The notes beneath the pieces were generated by a model. The model did no database searches. It was not told the DNA's origin and worked only from the letters and a program-made list of their open reading frames with translations. From positions 215,946,001-216,010,000 of the forward strand of contig NC_091473.1 of the NCBI RefSeq assembly GCF_036971445.1: a stretch of DNA of 64,000 nt. The letters are read 5' to 3'. Shown in pieces: positions 47,840-59,500 of this stretch. This DNA comes from Narcine bancroftii (lineage: Eukaryota). Made by a program: the position numbers and the translations under genes. Position 1 is the stretch's first letter, and every line of letters begins with the position of its first letter.

Positions 47840-48520
47840 AGATCAACATAGCGATCTCCCAATCTGTGTCCAGTGTCCCAACTCAATGGAACGATCTCCC
47901 AATCTGTGGCTAGTCCTAACTCAACGGAACAATCTCCCAATCTGTGGCTAGTCCTAACTCAATGGAACGATCTCCCAATCTGTGCCCAGAGTCACAACCC
48001 AATGGAACAATCTCCCACTCTGTGTCCAGTCCCAACTTAACAGAAGGATTTCCCAATCTGTGTCTACTCCCAACACAATGGAACAATCTCCTAATCTGTG
48101 TCCAGTTCCAACTCAACAGAACAATCTTCCAATCTGCATCCAGTCCCAACTCAACGGAGTGATTTCCCAATCTGTCCAGTCTCAACTCAATGAAACGATC
48201 TCAATCTGTGTCCTCAGTCCCAACTCAATGGAATGATCTCACAATCTGTGCCCAGAGTCACAACACAATGGAACAATCTCCCAATCTGTGTCTAGTCCTA
48301 ACTCAATGGAATGATCTCCTAGTCAGTGTGCAGTCCCAACTCAATGGAATGATCTCCCAATCTGTGTCCAGAGTCCAAACTCCATGGAATGATCTCCCAA
48401 TCTGCGACCAGTACCAACTCAACGGAACGATCTCCCATTGTGTCCAGTCCCAACTCAATGAATGATCTCCCAATCTGTGTCCAGTCCCAACTCAATGGAA
48501 TGATCTCCCAATCTGTCCCA
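47840..48520. repeat. ~38-bp minisatellite (tcccaatctgtgtccagtcccaactcaatggaacgatc)
   Basis: About 17 moderately diverged units abutting the Penelope fragment. Confidence 0.9.
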
Positions 48521-50105
48521 TCTCTTGTGAATCAGCCATGTCACCAAAGGCCTGTCCTCTCACCAATCAACCCTGGTCCTGCAGTGGACTTCTCTGACTA
48601 GGACCACCTTCAAAACCTGCCCCTGTGCCTACCTGCTCCCCTTTCACAGCCATTGTATGAGGACCCCCAGGATTCTCCCTTCTCTAGCCCATCCCTATCC
48701 AATTCCTAGACTGGGCAGCCTCCCACTGACCCAGGCCACACCGCCTCCACTTCTTCCTCATCTCCACCCTGCTCCTCCCACCCACTGGAGACATCACCCT
48801 CCTCCTTGGAGGAAGGCAGCGAGGATCAACTCCCTGCTGAACCTTTTTACTGTTACAATCACCCACTTCAGACTCTTCCGTTCACCTGGCCTCCCACACG
48901 CCCCATTTCCAGGCACCTGGCACTCAGTGATCAGAGAGCTGGTCCAGGTAGTTCCTGAGTGTTATGACAGTCTCTGCTTTCACCACCCCTTCAGGCAGTG
49001 AGGTCTGGACCCCTCACTCCACGGCAGAAAGCCCTCCTCTCCATACGGGGGAGAAGCCCCCCATGCCATAGAGAAGACCCCTCCCCCACAGAGAAGCCTC
49101 CTGATGAGAGAAGCCCCCTCTCCCAGGGAGAAACTCCTTCCCCTCCTTCCCTCAGGGAAAAGACATCCTCTCCATGAGAGTGAAGCCCAAACCCCCGAGC
49201 AAGAAACCCTCTTCCCCCCTTCCCCCCCCCCCCTGAGGGAGAAGCCCACTTCCCCCAAGAGAAGTCTCCACCTCTGGGGAGAGAAGCCCCTATCCCTCAG
49301 GGGAAAAGCATCCTTCCTGCTGGGACAGGTGGGTGGGAAGGGGTTAACAGACACCTGCCGTGCAGGTGAAGCCTCTCCCTGGGACCGCCCTTCTCCCAGA
49401 GCCTCAGGTCAGAGGGAACAGGTCGGGCAAGTGAGGTGCCTGCTGTGGGTGAGACAGAGGTGGGGCTGTCACAGCCACAGGAAGGTGCCAGACAGGCACA
49501 GCTCTGTGCTCCACTTGGTCCGGGACAGGACCCTCCGCTGCCCCGAGTTCGGCTCCTCGGTGCCTTCTGCCTCAGAGAAAGAGCAAGGAGCAGTGACGAC
49601 TGCCATCGCCAGTGAGACTCACCGTGACTCTCACCTGTCCAACCACAACTTCCTCTCCTTCCTTCTCTTATGTTCTCTTTCTCTCTTTTTCTCCCACTCA
49701 TTCTTCTGTTGCTCTCTGCTTCTCTATCTCTCTCCCCTACCCCATCTCTTCCCTTAACTCACAACCCTCTCTCATCCAGTCTCTCACCCTCCAATCCCCC
49801 TTGCTCCTTGCTCTCCCTCCTGCTCCCCCTATTTTCTCTCTCTTTCCTTGTTCTTCTCCCTTCTTCCACTCTCCTCCCCTCTCTTCCCCCCTCTCTCCCT
49901 CTCTGCTTCATCCTCTCCTTCTCCCTCCCCTCTTTCTCTCTCCCCTTTCCCTCTCTCTCTTCCCCTTTCTCTCCCCACTTCCCTCTCCTCCTCTGTCTCT
50001 CTCTCTCCCCAGCCCATGGGCTGAGACCTGGAGACTGCTCCCTCTGCCAGCCCATCTACTACTGTCTGAGCAAAACTTTCCAAAGACTGGACCCAGTGCC
50101 GGGCA

Positions 50106-50151
50106 ATGAGCCAGCTGTCAGCCTTCCTCGTCCTCCTCCTCATCCCTTCAG
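50106..50151 (+). CDS. Candidate signal-peptide exon of an unidentified secreted or membrane protein (MSQLSAFLVLLLIPS)
   Basis: GCAATG start, hydrophobic core, strong CAG|gtaagg phase-1 donor, upstream polypyrimidine acceptor near 50012. Downstream exons not found. Confidence 0.4.
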
Positions 50152-50500
50152 GTAAGGTTCTGGGGGAAGCTCACAGCATGGGGGTCTTGAGGATGCTCAG
50201 AGGGAACGAGGCATGGGAGAGGGGGCAATGGAAACAAGAGCCAAGGTAAGGTTGTGAGGGATGCAGATGGATGGGGGAATGGATGTGAGAGAGTGGGGGG
50301 GGGGGGAGGTGATGGAGGCAGAGCAAGACAGAGAAACAGACAGAAGGAAAGGCAGAAAAACAAAGAAATGTGAATTAATTCTGTCTGATGACGGGCCCAG
50401 AGCAAGTTGGATCATGCAACCCATTGAGTTTAATATGGCTCACCATCCACCTGTTCCAAATCCACAGGAAATGATGCTGAGTAATCGGGAGGTCCACCGT

Positions 50501-51580
50501 GGGTCAGACAGAGTGAAGCTCCCTCTACACCCTCCTACCACACACACACTCTCAGGGTATTAGTCAGACCCAGGGGGAAGCTCCCTCTACACCATCCGGT
50601 CACACACACCCAGGAGTCGGGTCAGACCCAGGGGGAAGCTCCCTCTACACCGTCCCGTCACACACTCCCGGGGCATGGGTCAGACTCAGGGGGAAGCTCC
50701 CTCTACACTGTCCCGTCACAAACTCCAAGGGCATTAGTCAGACCCAGGGGGAAGCTCCCTCTACACTATCCGGTCACACACTCCCAGGAGTCGGGTCAGA
50801 CCCAGGGGGAATCTCCCTCTACACCGTCCCGTCACACACTCCTGGGGCACGGGTCAGACCCGGGGGGAAGCTCCCTCTGCACCATCCCATCACACACTCC
50901 CAGGAATCGGGTCAGACCCAGGGAGAAGCTCCCTCTACACTGTCCCGTCACACACTCCCGGGGCATGGGTCAGACCCAGGCGGAAGCTCCCTCTACACTG
51001 TCTCGTCACACACTCCAAGGGCATTAGTCAGATCCAGGGGAAGCTCCCTCTACACCGTCCCGTCACACACTCCAAGGGCATTAGTCAGACCCAGGTGGAA
51101 GCTCCCTCTACACCATCCGGTCACACACTCCCAGGAGTCGGGTCAGACCCAGGGGGAAGCTCCCTCTACACCCTCCTGTTACACACTCCTGAGGCACGGG
51201 TCTGACCCAGGGGGAAGCTCCCTCTACACTGTCCAGTCACACACTCCAAGGGCATTAGTCAGACCCAGGGGGAAGCTCCTTCTACCCCGTCCCGTCACAC
51301 ATTCCCAGGGCATTAGTCAGACCCAGGGGGAAGCTCCCTCTACACTGCCTGGTCACACACTCCTGGGACATGGGTCAGACACACAGCGAAGCTCCCTCTA
51401 CACCGTCCCATCACACACTCCCAGGGCATGGATTAGACACAGGGGGAAGCTCCCTCTACTCCATCCCATCACACACTCCCAGGGCATGGGTCAGACCCAG
51501 GGGGAACCTCCATCTACACCATCCCATCATACACTCCTGGGACACAGGTCAGACCAAGGTGGAAGCTCTCTCTACACCTC
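50501..51580 (+). repeat. ~58-bp satellite family array (ggggaagctccctctacac variant)
   Basis: About 18 units of gtcagacccagggggaagctccctctacaccgtcccgtcacacactcc. Confidence 0.93.
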
Positions 51581-51584
51581 TGCA

Positions 51585-52220
51585 CCCTCTCCAAAGCATC
51601 TATATGCTTCCTGTAAAGAAGTGACTAGAACTGAATGCAACTGTGTGGTCAGACCAGAGAATTTTATAGAGCTGAAACATTACCTCATGGCTCTTAAACT
51701 CAATCTCCCGACTAATGACTTCCAACATACCATTGGTCTTCTTAACCCTCCTATTCATTTGTGTGGCAATCTTGAGGGACCTGTGGACCTGGACCCCACA
51801 ATCTCTCTGTTCTCCACACTGTTAAGAATGTTACCATTAACCACGTACTCCACCATCAAGTTCAACCTTTCAAAATGAATTATTTCACACTTATCTGGGT
51901 TAAGTTCCATCTGCCATTTCTCAGCCCAGTTCTGCAGCCTATCAATGTCCCTCTTAAACCTTGCAACCTTCCAGACTATCCACAACTCTACCAACCTTCA
52001 AGACCCAGAACAAATCACTGCAGAATGCCACTGGTCACCGACTTCCAGACAGAATACACCCCATCTTCTACTACCCTCTGCTTTCTGAAGGGAAACCAGT
52101 TCCAAATCTGAGCAGCCAAGTTTCCCTGGATCCCAAGCCTTATCTATTTATGAATGAGCCTACCTCAAACCTCACTAAAATCCATATAGACCACATCCAC
52201 TGCCCTACCTTCATCAATGG
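51585..52220 (-). mobile_element. CR1 LINE RT fragment
   Basis: RDIDRLQNWAEKWQMELNPDKCEIIHF. Confidence 0.8.
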
Positions 52221-52387
52221 GTACATTGGGTGGATTTCTCTTAGGCACCACAGGGGCTCGAGTGTGTTCTGGACACTGACGACCGTGTTATAATTAGAAC
52301 CTGTAAATAGTACTGTGATACTATATGCAGGTGATTTCATCTCATCATTGTGTAAACCAGCTTTGTTAAAGGACTAAAAAAGGTCAA

Positions 52388-52840
52388 TCTCAGGGGGAAT
52401 CTCCCTCTACACCGTCCCGTCACTCACTCCTGGGGCACGGGTCGGATCCAGAGTGAAGCTTCCTCTACATCGTCCCGTCACACACTCCCAGGGCACGAAT
52501 CGAGCCAGAGTGAAGCTCCTTCTACATTGTCCCATCACACAATCCCAGGGCATGAGTCGGAGCCAGAGTGAAGCTCCCTCTACACCGTCTCGTCACACTC
52601 CCGGGGCACGAGCCAGACTCAGAGTGAAACTCCCTCTACACTGTCCCATCACACACTCCCAGGGCACGTCGGAGCCAGAGTGAAGCTCCCTCTACACTGT
52701 CCCGTCACACACTCCCAGGGCATGTTGGAGCCAGAGTGAAGGTCCCTCTACACTGTCCTGTCACACACTCCAGGGGCACGAGTCAGACCCAGAGTGAAGC
52801 TCACACTATGACGGCCCATTACACCTGTCACACACTCCCA
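52388..52840 (+). repeat. ~58-bp satellite family array (gagccagagtgaagctcc variant)
   Basis: About 7 units. Confidence 0.9.
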
Positions 52841-54814
52841 GACCTGTTTAATCAGAGGTATTATTGAGTGAAGCACAATCTCTCAGTAATTGCTAGTCTG
52901 TTTTTATTCTGAGGATCTGTTGTTCTCTCCACTCCCCCTGAATTATTTCGCTTTTAGCGATTGTGTTTTTCTGCAATTTAAGATGATAATTAGAACTGGT
53001 GCTGAGTCAGGTGGTATGGAAACGGCTTACACTGCCACACTGATACCAACATGGCAACAGTGAACCAGCTCTCAGTGCAGTGTTTCACCACCCACCCCCT
53101 CCACAACCCCTCCCTCCTACCCTCCTCAACCCCACTCACCCCCTCTCACCACATCCCTTCACTGCCCTGCCCCCTCACCCCCCCGCCTGTACAGTCCTCC
53201 TCTTCCTCTCACCCCATCCCCGCTCCTTCATATGCCCGACCCTCTCAACCCCTACATCTCCTTATCCATCCTGACCTCCCCAACCCCGTCCTCTTGCACC
53301 TCCAATCCCCTCGTCCCCTCCCTTCATCCCATCCCCTAACTCACTCGTCCTCTCATTCACCCTCCCTTCGCCCCTGGCCTCATCCCCTCACTTAACCATC
53401 TCCTTATTCACTCCTCCCCATCCCCTCAACCCTTCACTTACCTGCCTCCTTATTCCCCCTCCCCATTTCCTCTCCATCCCATCCCCTCACTTCCTCCATT
53501 ACCTTGCTCCTCTCCCACTCCCCCAACTTCTCATCCCCTTGGTCCCAGATCCCCCCCCCGTGTCTTCATCCACCCTGACCACCCACTCCTCGCATGTCCT
53601 GAGCTCTCTCTGGGCTCTTTAGGATGTAAATGGGGGCTGGTTAAGTTTGGGGGTGAGGAGGGGACGGTCTGTTCCCCACACCTTCATGTCCACTTAAGGT
53701 GCCTTTGAATGCAGTGGGTCTGGAGTGGGTGGTCCTTCCTGTGACATTGAAAGGCTGTGTTTGGGGTTTACAGTGACCTGTGACTCTGAGGGGCTGTGTT
53801 TGGGGTTCACGGTGACCTGGGGTTCTGATGTGGAGGGCGCTGTGATGGTGCAGGCGATGGGAATGAGCGAGCAGTCTTCGGGACAGGACAGGACTTGCCG
53901 GGATTGGCAGAGAGCCCTGACTTGTACTTTGTTCCCTCCCCACAAAATGTTTCCCACAGTGTCAGCAAATCACAGCTCAACACTCCAACCTGAGTCACAG
54001 GGAGCTCCCTCACTGCCCCAGCCACAGAGCAGCTCCCTTACTGTCCCTCCACAGAGCAGCTCCCTCCACAAAGCAGCTCCCTCACTGACCCTCCCACAAA
54101 GCAGCTCCCTCACTGACCCACCCACAGAGCATCTCCCTCCACAAAGCAGCTCCCTCACTGAGAGAGATGGGGAGGAGAAATGAGGGAGTGGGGCACTGAA
54201 GACTGCACATGCTGGAATCAGGAGTAAAAAGCAAGCAAATGGAGGAACAGTGGGTCGGGCAGCATCAGGGGAAAGGTTTGCGGACAACTCAGTGCCATTT
54301 ATAAACAGGAGAAATGTGAGTAGACAGGTGAAGTCAGAACTGGGTGGAGTTAATAAGGGAAAGCCCCTGTTCTGCAGTGGGGAATAGACAAATATTGTTT
54401 TGTGAACAGAGAGATGGGTAGGGTTGGAGGGAAGGGTGGAGTGAGGAGGGAGGTGGTGATTTTGAGGGAGGTGGTGGGGTGCAGTAGGAGGGCTCGAGTG
54501 AGGGGGAGGTAGTGAGGTGCAAAGGGATGGATAGGGTGTGGAGGGAGGGGTGGGGAATGGAGGGAGGTGGTGGGTTGCAAAGGGAGGGGTGGGGTATGGA
54601 GGCAGGTGGGATACGGAGGGAGGGGTGGGGATGGAGGGAGGGATGTTGTGCTGTAGGAGGGCTCGAGTGAGGAGGGAGGTGGTGGGGTGCGAAGGGATGG
54701 ATGGGGTATGGAGGGAGATGGTGGGGTATGGAGGGAGATGACATTCTCCATACCGGGGCCAGCACACAGGGACAGAAGTAAAATCCTAGATGGTCCTCAC
54801 CATCGAGGGGTGTG

Positions 54815-55185
54815 GATGGGGAAGTCAGTCTGAGTGGATGGGGTGTGGGTGGGGGGAGTCAGTCTGAGTAGATGGGTGTGGGTGGGGGAGTTAGGCCGAG
54901 CAAATGGGGGTGGGTGGGGGAGTCAGGCCGAGTGGATGGGCTGTGGGTGGGGGAGTCAGTCCGAGTGGATAGGGTGTGGGTGGGGGAGTCAGGTCGAGCA
55001 GATGGGGTGTGGGTGGGGGAGTCAGGCCGAGTAGATGGGGTGTTGGTGGGGGAGTCAGTCCGAGTGGATAGGGTGTGGGTGGGGGAGTCAGGCCGAGTAG
55101 ATGGGGTGTGGGTGGGGGAGTCAGGTCGAGCAGATGGGGTGTTGGTGGGGGAGTCAGGCCGAGTAGATGGGCTGTGGGTGGCACC
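54815..55185. repeat. 33-bp G-rich minisatellite (gggggagtcaggccgagtagatggggtgtgggt)
   Basis: About 11 units. Confidence 0.9.
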
Positions 55186-55559
55186 TCAGCTGGAGCACAG
55201 TGCAGAATCTGAGATGTATCCATGGGTTAGGGCGATCAGGGAATGGTTCGGTGGGTCACTGGGAGGCGGGAGGATTCACAAGGAGAGACTGAGTGGGTGG
55301 GAGGGGTGCTGAGCTCCACTTGGGGAGGGGCAGTGAGGGAGCTCCATCGGCGGAGGAGCAGTGAGGGAGCCCCATGGGGAGGAGCGTTGAGGGAGTTCCA
55401 CTGGAGGTGGGGTGGTGAGGGAGCTGCTCTGTGGGCTAGGATGTTGAGGGATCTCCACTGGGGAGGGACAATGAGGGAGCTTCACTGGGGTGAGATGGTG
55501 AGGGAGTTCCACTGGGGGTGGCGGGAGGGTGAGGGAGCTCCACTGGGGGCGGGGCAGTG

Positions 55560-55960
55560 GACAACATAGAACATCCTAGCACAGTGCAGGCTCTTCAACC
55601 CATGATGTTGTGCTGACCCATGGAAACCTACACCACGACAATCTAATCCTTCCCTCCATCATACGCATCATCCTTGATTTTGTGGGTATCCATGTGTCTA
55701 TCTAAGTCTTTGAATGTCCCTACTGAACCAGCCTCCAGCAACACCTCCAGCCATCCATTCCAGGCAGCCACTACTCTGTGTACAAGCCTATCTCTGACAT
55801 CTCCCCTAAATGTTCCCGCATTCACATTAAACTGATCTTCTCTGGTGTTTGCCAGCGTTGCCTCATGGCAAAGGTGCTGGCTGCCCACCCTGTCAAAGCC
55901 CCTCATAATCTATTAAATCATCCTTCATCCTTTGAGGTTCCACAGAGAAACGCCCCAGCT
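55560..55960 (-). mobile_element. CR1 3' end fragment
   Basis: MRGFDRV..FRGDVR..HRVVAAWN..EAGSVGTFK.LDRHMD. Confidence 0.7.
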
Positions 55961-56082
55961 CTGTCAAGCTTGTCAGATTGACGATAAAGGGCTGAGATGG
56001 ATTCGCTGGGCTAAAAGGCCTGTTGTCCAGAGATCTAAGTCAGGATCACATGATGGATGTGGAAGAAGATGGAGGGGGGAGG

Positions 56083-56083
<1 letters not shown>

Positions 56084-56120
<37 letters not shown>
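56084..56120. repeat. (GA)n microsatellite
   Basis: About 18 GA units. Confidence 0.9.
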
Positions 56121-56126
<6 letters not shown>

Positions 56127-56519
56127 GTGGGGGGGGGAATAGACAGAGCTGAAGAGATACAGGGGGAGAGAGCAGATGGATGGAGAGGTAAGGAGATAGT
56201 TGAGAGAGGCTGACACCCACACTAAAAGCTGACATCGCTAAGCCTGTGGTGAATGTGGAATGGGGTGTGTCAGCAAATTTGTGACACACAGGTTCTCTGC
56301 AGTCTTTGTTCCTTTGTGTTAGTCAGGATGAGATGGGCTCCAAATGAACCCACCACGTTGTCAACCCTCAATTACCAAATCCCACAAACCCATCTCACAT
56401 CTCATTGAGAACACACAGACTGCAGAGGTAATCCAAGCACAGATCTCAAAACAGACCATAAACACCGTTGCAATGTGTGTGGGAAACTGTAACACCAGCA
56501 GCACAGATTTGTCCTAAAA

Positions 56520-59500
56520 CTCACTCTACACCGTCCCATCACACACTGACAGGGCCTGGATCAGACATCGAAAGAAACTCCGTCTACACTGTCCCTTCAT
56601 ACACTGAGAGAGCCTGGATCAGATATACAGTGAAACTCCCTCTACATCGTTCGGACACACACTTACAAGGCCTGGATCAGACTTAGAGTGAAGCTCCCAC
56701 TACACCGTCCCATCACACGCTCACAGTGTCTGAATCAGATATGGTGTGAAACTCCCTCTACACCATCCCATCACCACTCAAAGGGCCTGGATCAAATGTA
56801 GAGTGAAGCTCCCACTACACCGTCCTTTCACACACTGAGAGGGCTTGGATAAGACATAGAAGGGAACTCCCTCTACACCGTCCCGTCACACACTCACAGG
56901 GCCTGGATCAGTTGTAGAGTGAAGCTCCCACTACACTGTCCCATCATACACTCACTGGGCCTGGATCCGACATAGAGCAAAGTTCCCTCTACACCGTCCT
57001 GTCCTGTCACAGGACCTGGATAAGACATGGAAGTAAAACTCCCTCCACACCGTCCCGTCACACACTCACAAGGCCTGGATCAGTCGTAGAATGAAGCTCC
57101 CTCTACATCGTCCCGTCACACACTCACAGGGCCTGGATCAGACATAGAATTAAACTCCCTCTACACCGTCCCGTCACACACAGGTCCTGGATCAGTCATA
57201 GACTGAAGCTGCCTCTCCACTGTCCCGTCATACACTCACAAGACCTGGATCAGACATGGAGTGAAACTCCATCTACCCATCCCATCACCAGTAAAAGGTC
57301 CTGGATCAGACGTTGAGTGAAGCTCCCTCTACATCGTCCCATCACACACTCACAGGGCCTGGATCAGACATAGAATTAAACTCCCCCTACACCGTCCCGT
57401 CACACACAGGGCCTGGATAAGACATGGAGTGAAACTCCCTCTACACCGTCCCGTCACACACTCACAAGACCTGGATCAGTCATAGAGTGAAGCTCCCTCT
57501 CCACTGTCCCGTTACACACTCACAGGACCTGGATAAGATATGGAAGTGAAACTCCCTCTACACCATACCGTCACACACTCACAGGGCCTGGATCAGTTGT
57601 AGAGTGAAGCTCCCTCTACACTGTCCCATCATACACTCACTGGGCCTGGATCCGACATAGAGCAAAGTTCCCTCTAAACCGTCCTGTCATACACTCACAG
57701 GACCTGGATCAGACATGGAGTGAAACTCCATCTACCCATCCCATCACCAGTAAAAGGTCCTGGATCAGACGTTGAGTGACGTTCCCTCTACACTGTCCCG
57801 TCACACACTCACAGGGTTTGGATCTACATAGAGTGAAACTCCATCTACAACGTCCCGTCGTACACTCACAGGACCTGATTCAGACATGGAGTTAAACTAC
57901 CTCTACACCATTCCGTCACATACAGGGCCTGGATCAGACATAGACTGATGCTCCCCTATCCACTGTCCCGTCACACATTCACAGAGCTTGGATCAGATAT
58001 GGAGTCAAACTCCCTCTACACCGTCCCATCACACGCTCAAAGTGTCTGGATCAGATATGGAGTGAAACTCCCTCTATACCATCCCATCACCACTCAAAGG
58101 GCCTGGATCAGATGTGGAGTGAAGCTCCCAGTACACCATCCCGTCACACACTGAGAGGCCCTGGATGAGATATAGAGTGAAGCTTCCTCAACACCGTCCC
58201 ATCACAAACTCACATGGCCTGGATAACACATGGAGTAAAACTCCCTTTACACCGTCCCGTCACACACTCACAAGGCCTGGATCAGTCGTAGAATGAAGCT
58301 CCCTCTACATCGTCCCGTCACACACTCACAGGGCCTGGATCAGACATAGAATTAAACTCCCTTTACACCGTCCCGTCACACACTCACAAGGCCTGGATCA
58401 GTCGTAGAATGAAGCTCCCTCTACATCGTCCCGTCACACACTCACAGGGCCTGGATCAGACATAGAATTAAACTCCCTCTACACCGTCCCATCACACACA
58501 AGTCCTGGATCAGTCATAGACTGAAGCTGCCTCTGCACTGTCCCGTCATACACTCACAAGACCTGGATAAGACATGGAGTGAAACTCCCTCTACCCCATC
58601 CCGTCACACACTCACAGGACCTGGATAAGACATGGAAGTAAAACTCCCTCCACACCGTACCGTCACACACTCACAGGGCCTGGATCAGACAAAGAGTGAA
58701 GCTCCCTCTACACTGTCCCGTCACACACTCACAGGGCCTGGATAAGACATGGAAGAGAAACTCCCTCCACAGCGTCCCCTCACACACTCTCAGGGCCTGG
58801 ATCAGTTGTAGAGTGAAGCTCCCTCTACACTGTCCCATCATGCTCTCACAGGGCCTGGATCCAACATATAGCAAAGCTCCCTCTACACCATCCCGTTACA
58901 CACTCACAGGGCCTGGATAAGACATGGAGTGAAACTCCCTCTACACTGTCCCATCACCACACAAATGGCCTGGATCAGACATAGAGTGAAACTCCCTCGA
59001 CAGCGTCCCATCACATACTCACAGGGCATGGATCGAAATAGAGTGAAACTCCCTCTACACTATCCAGTCACATATACATGGGCCTGGATCCACATAGAAT
59101 GAATCTCCATCGACACCGTCCCATCATATACTCACAGGGCATAGATAGACATGGAGTGAAACTCCTTCTACCCTTCCCATCACCACTAAAAGATCCTGGA
59201 TCAGACATTGAGTGAAGCTCCCTCTACACCATGCTGTTACACACAGACAGGGCCTGGATCGACATAGACTGAAGCTCCCTCTCCATTGTCCCATCACACA
59301 CGCACAGGACCTACATAAGACATGGAGTGAAACTCCCTCTGAACCGTACCGTCACACACTCAGAGGGCCTGGATCATTCGTAGAGTGAAGCTCTCTCTAC
59401 ACCATCCCGTCAGACACTCACAGGGTCTGGATCAGATATAGTCGAAGCTCCCTCTCCACTGTCCCATCGCATACTCACAGGACCTGGATAAGACATGGAG

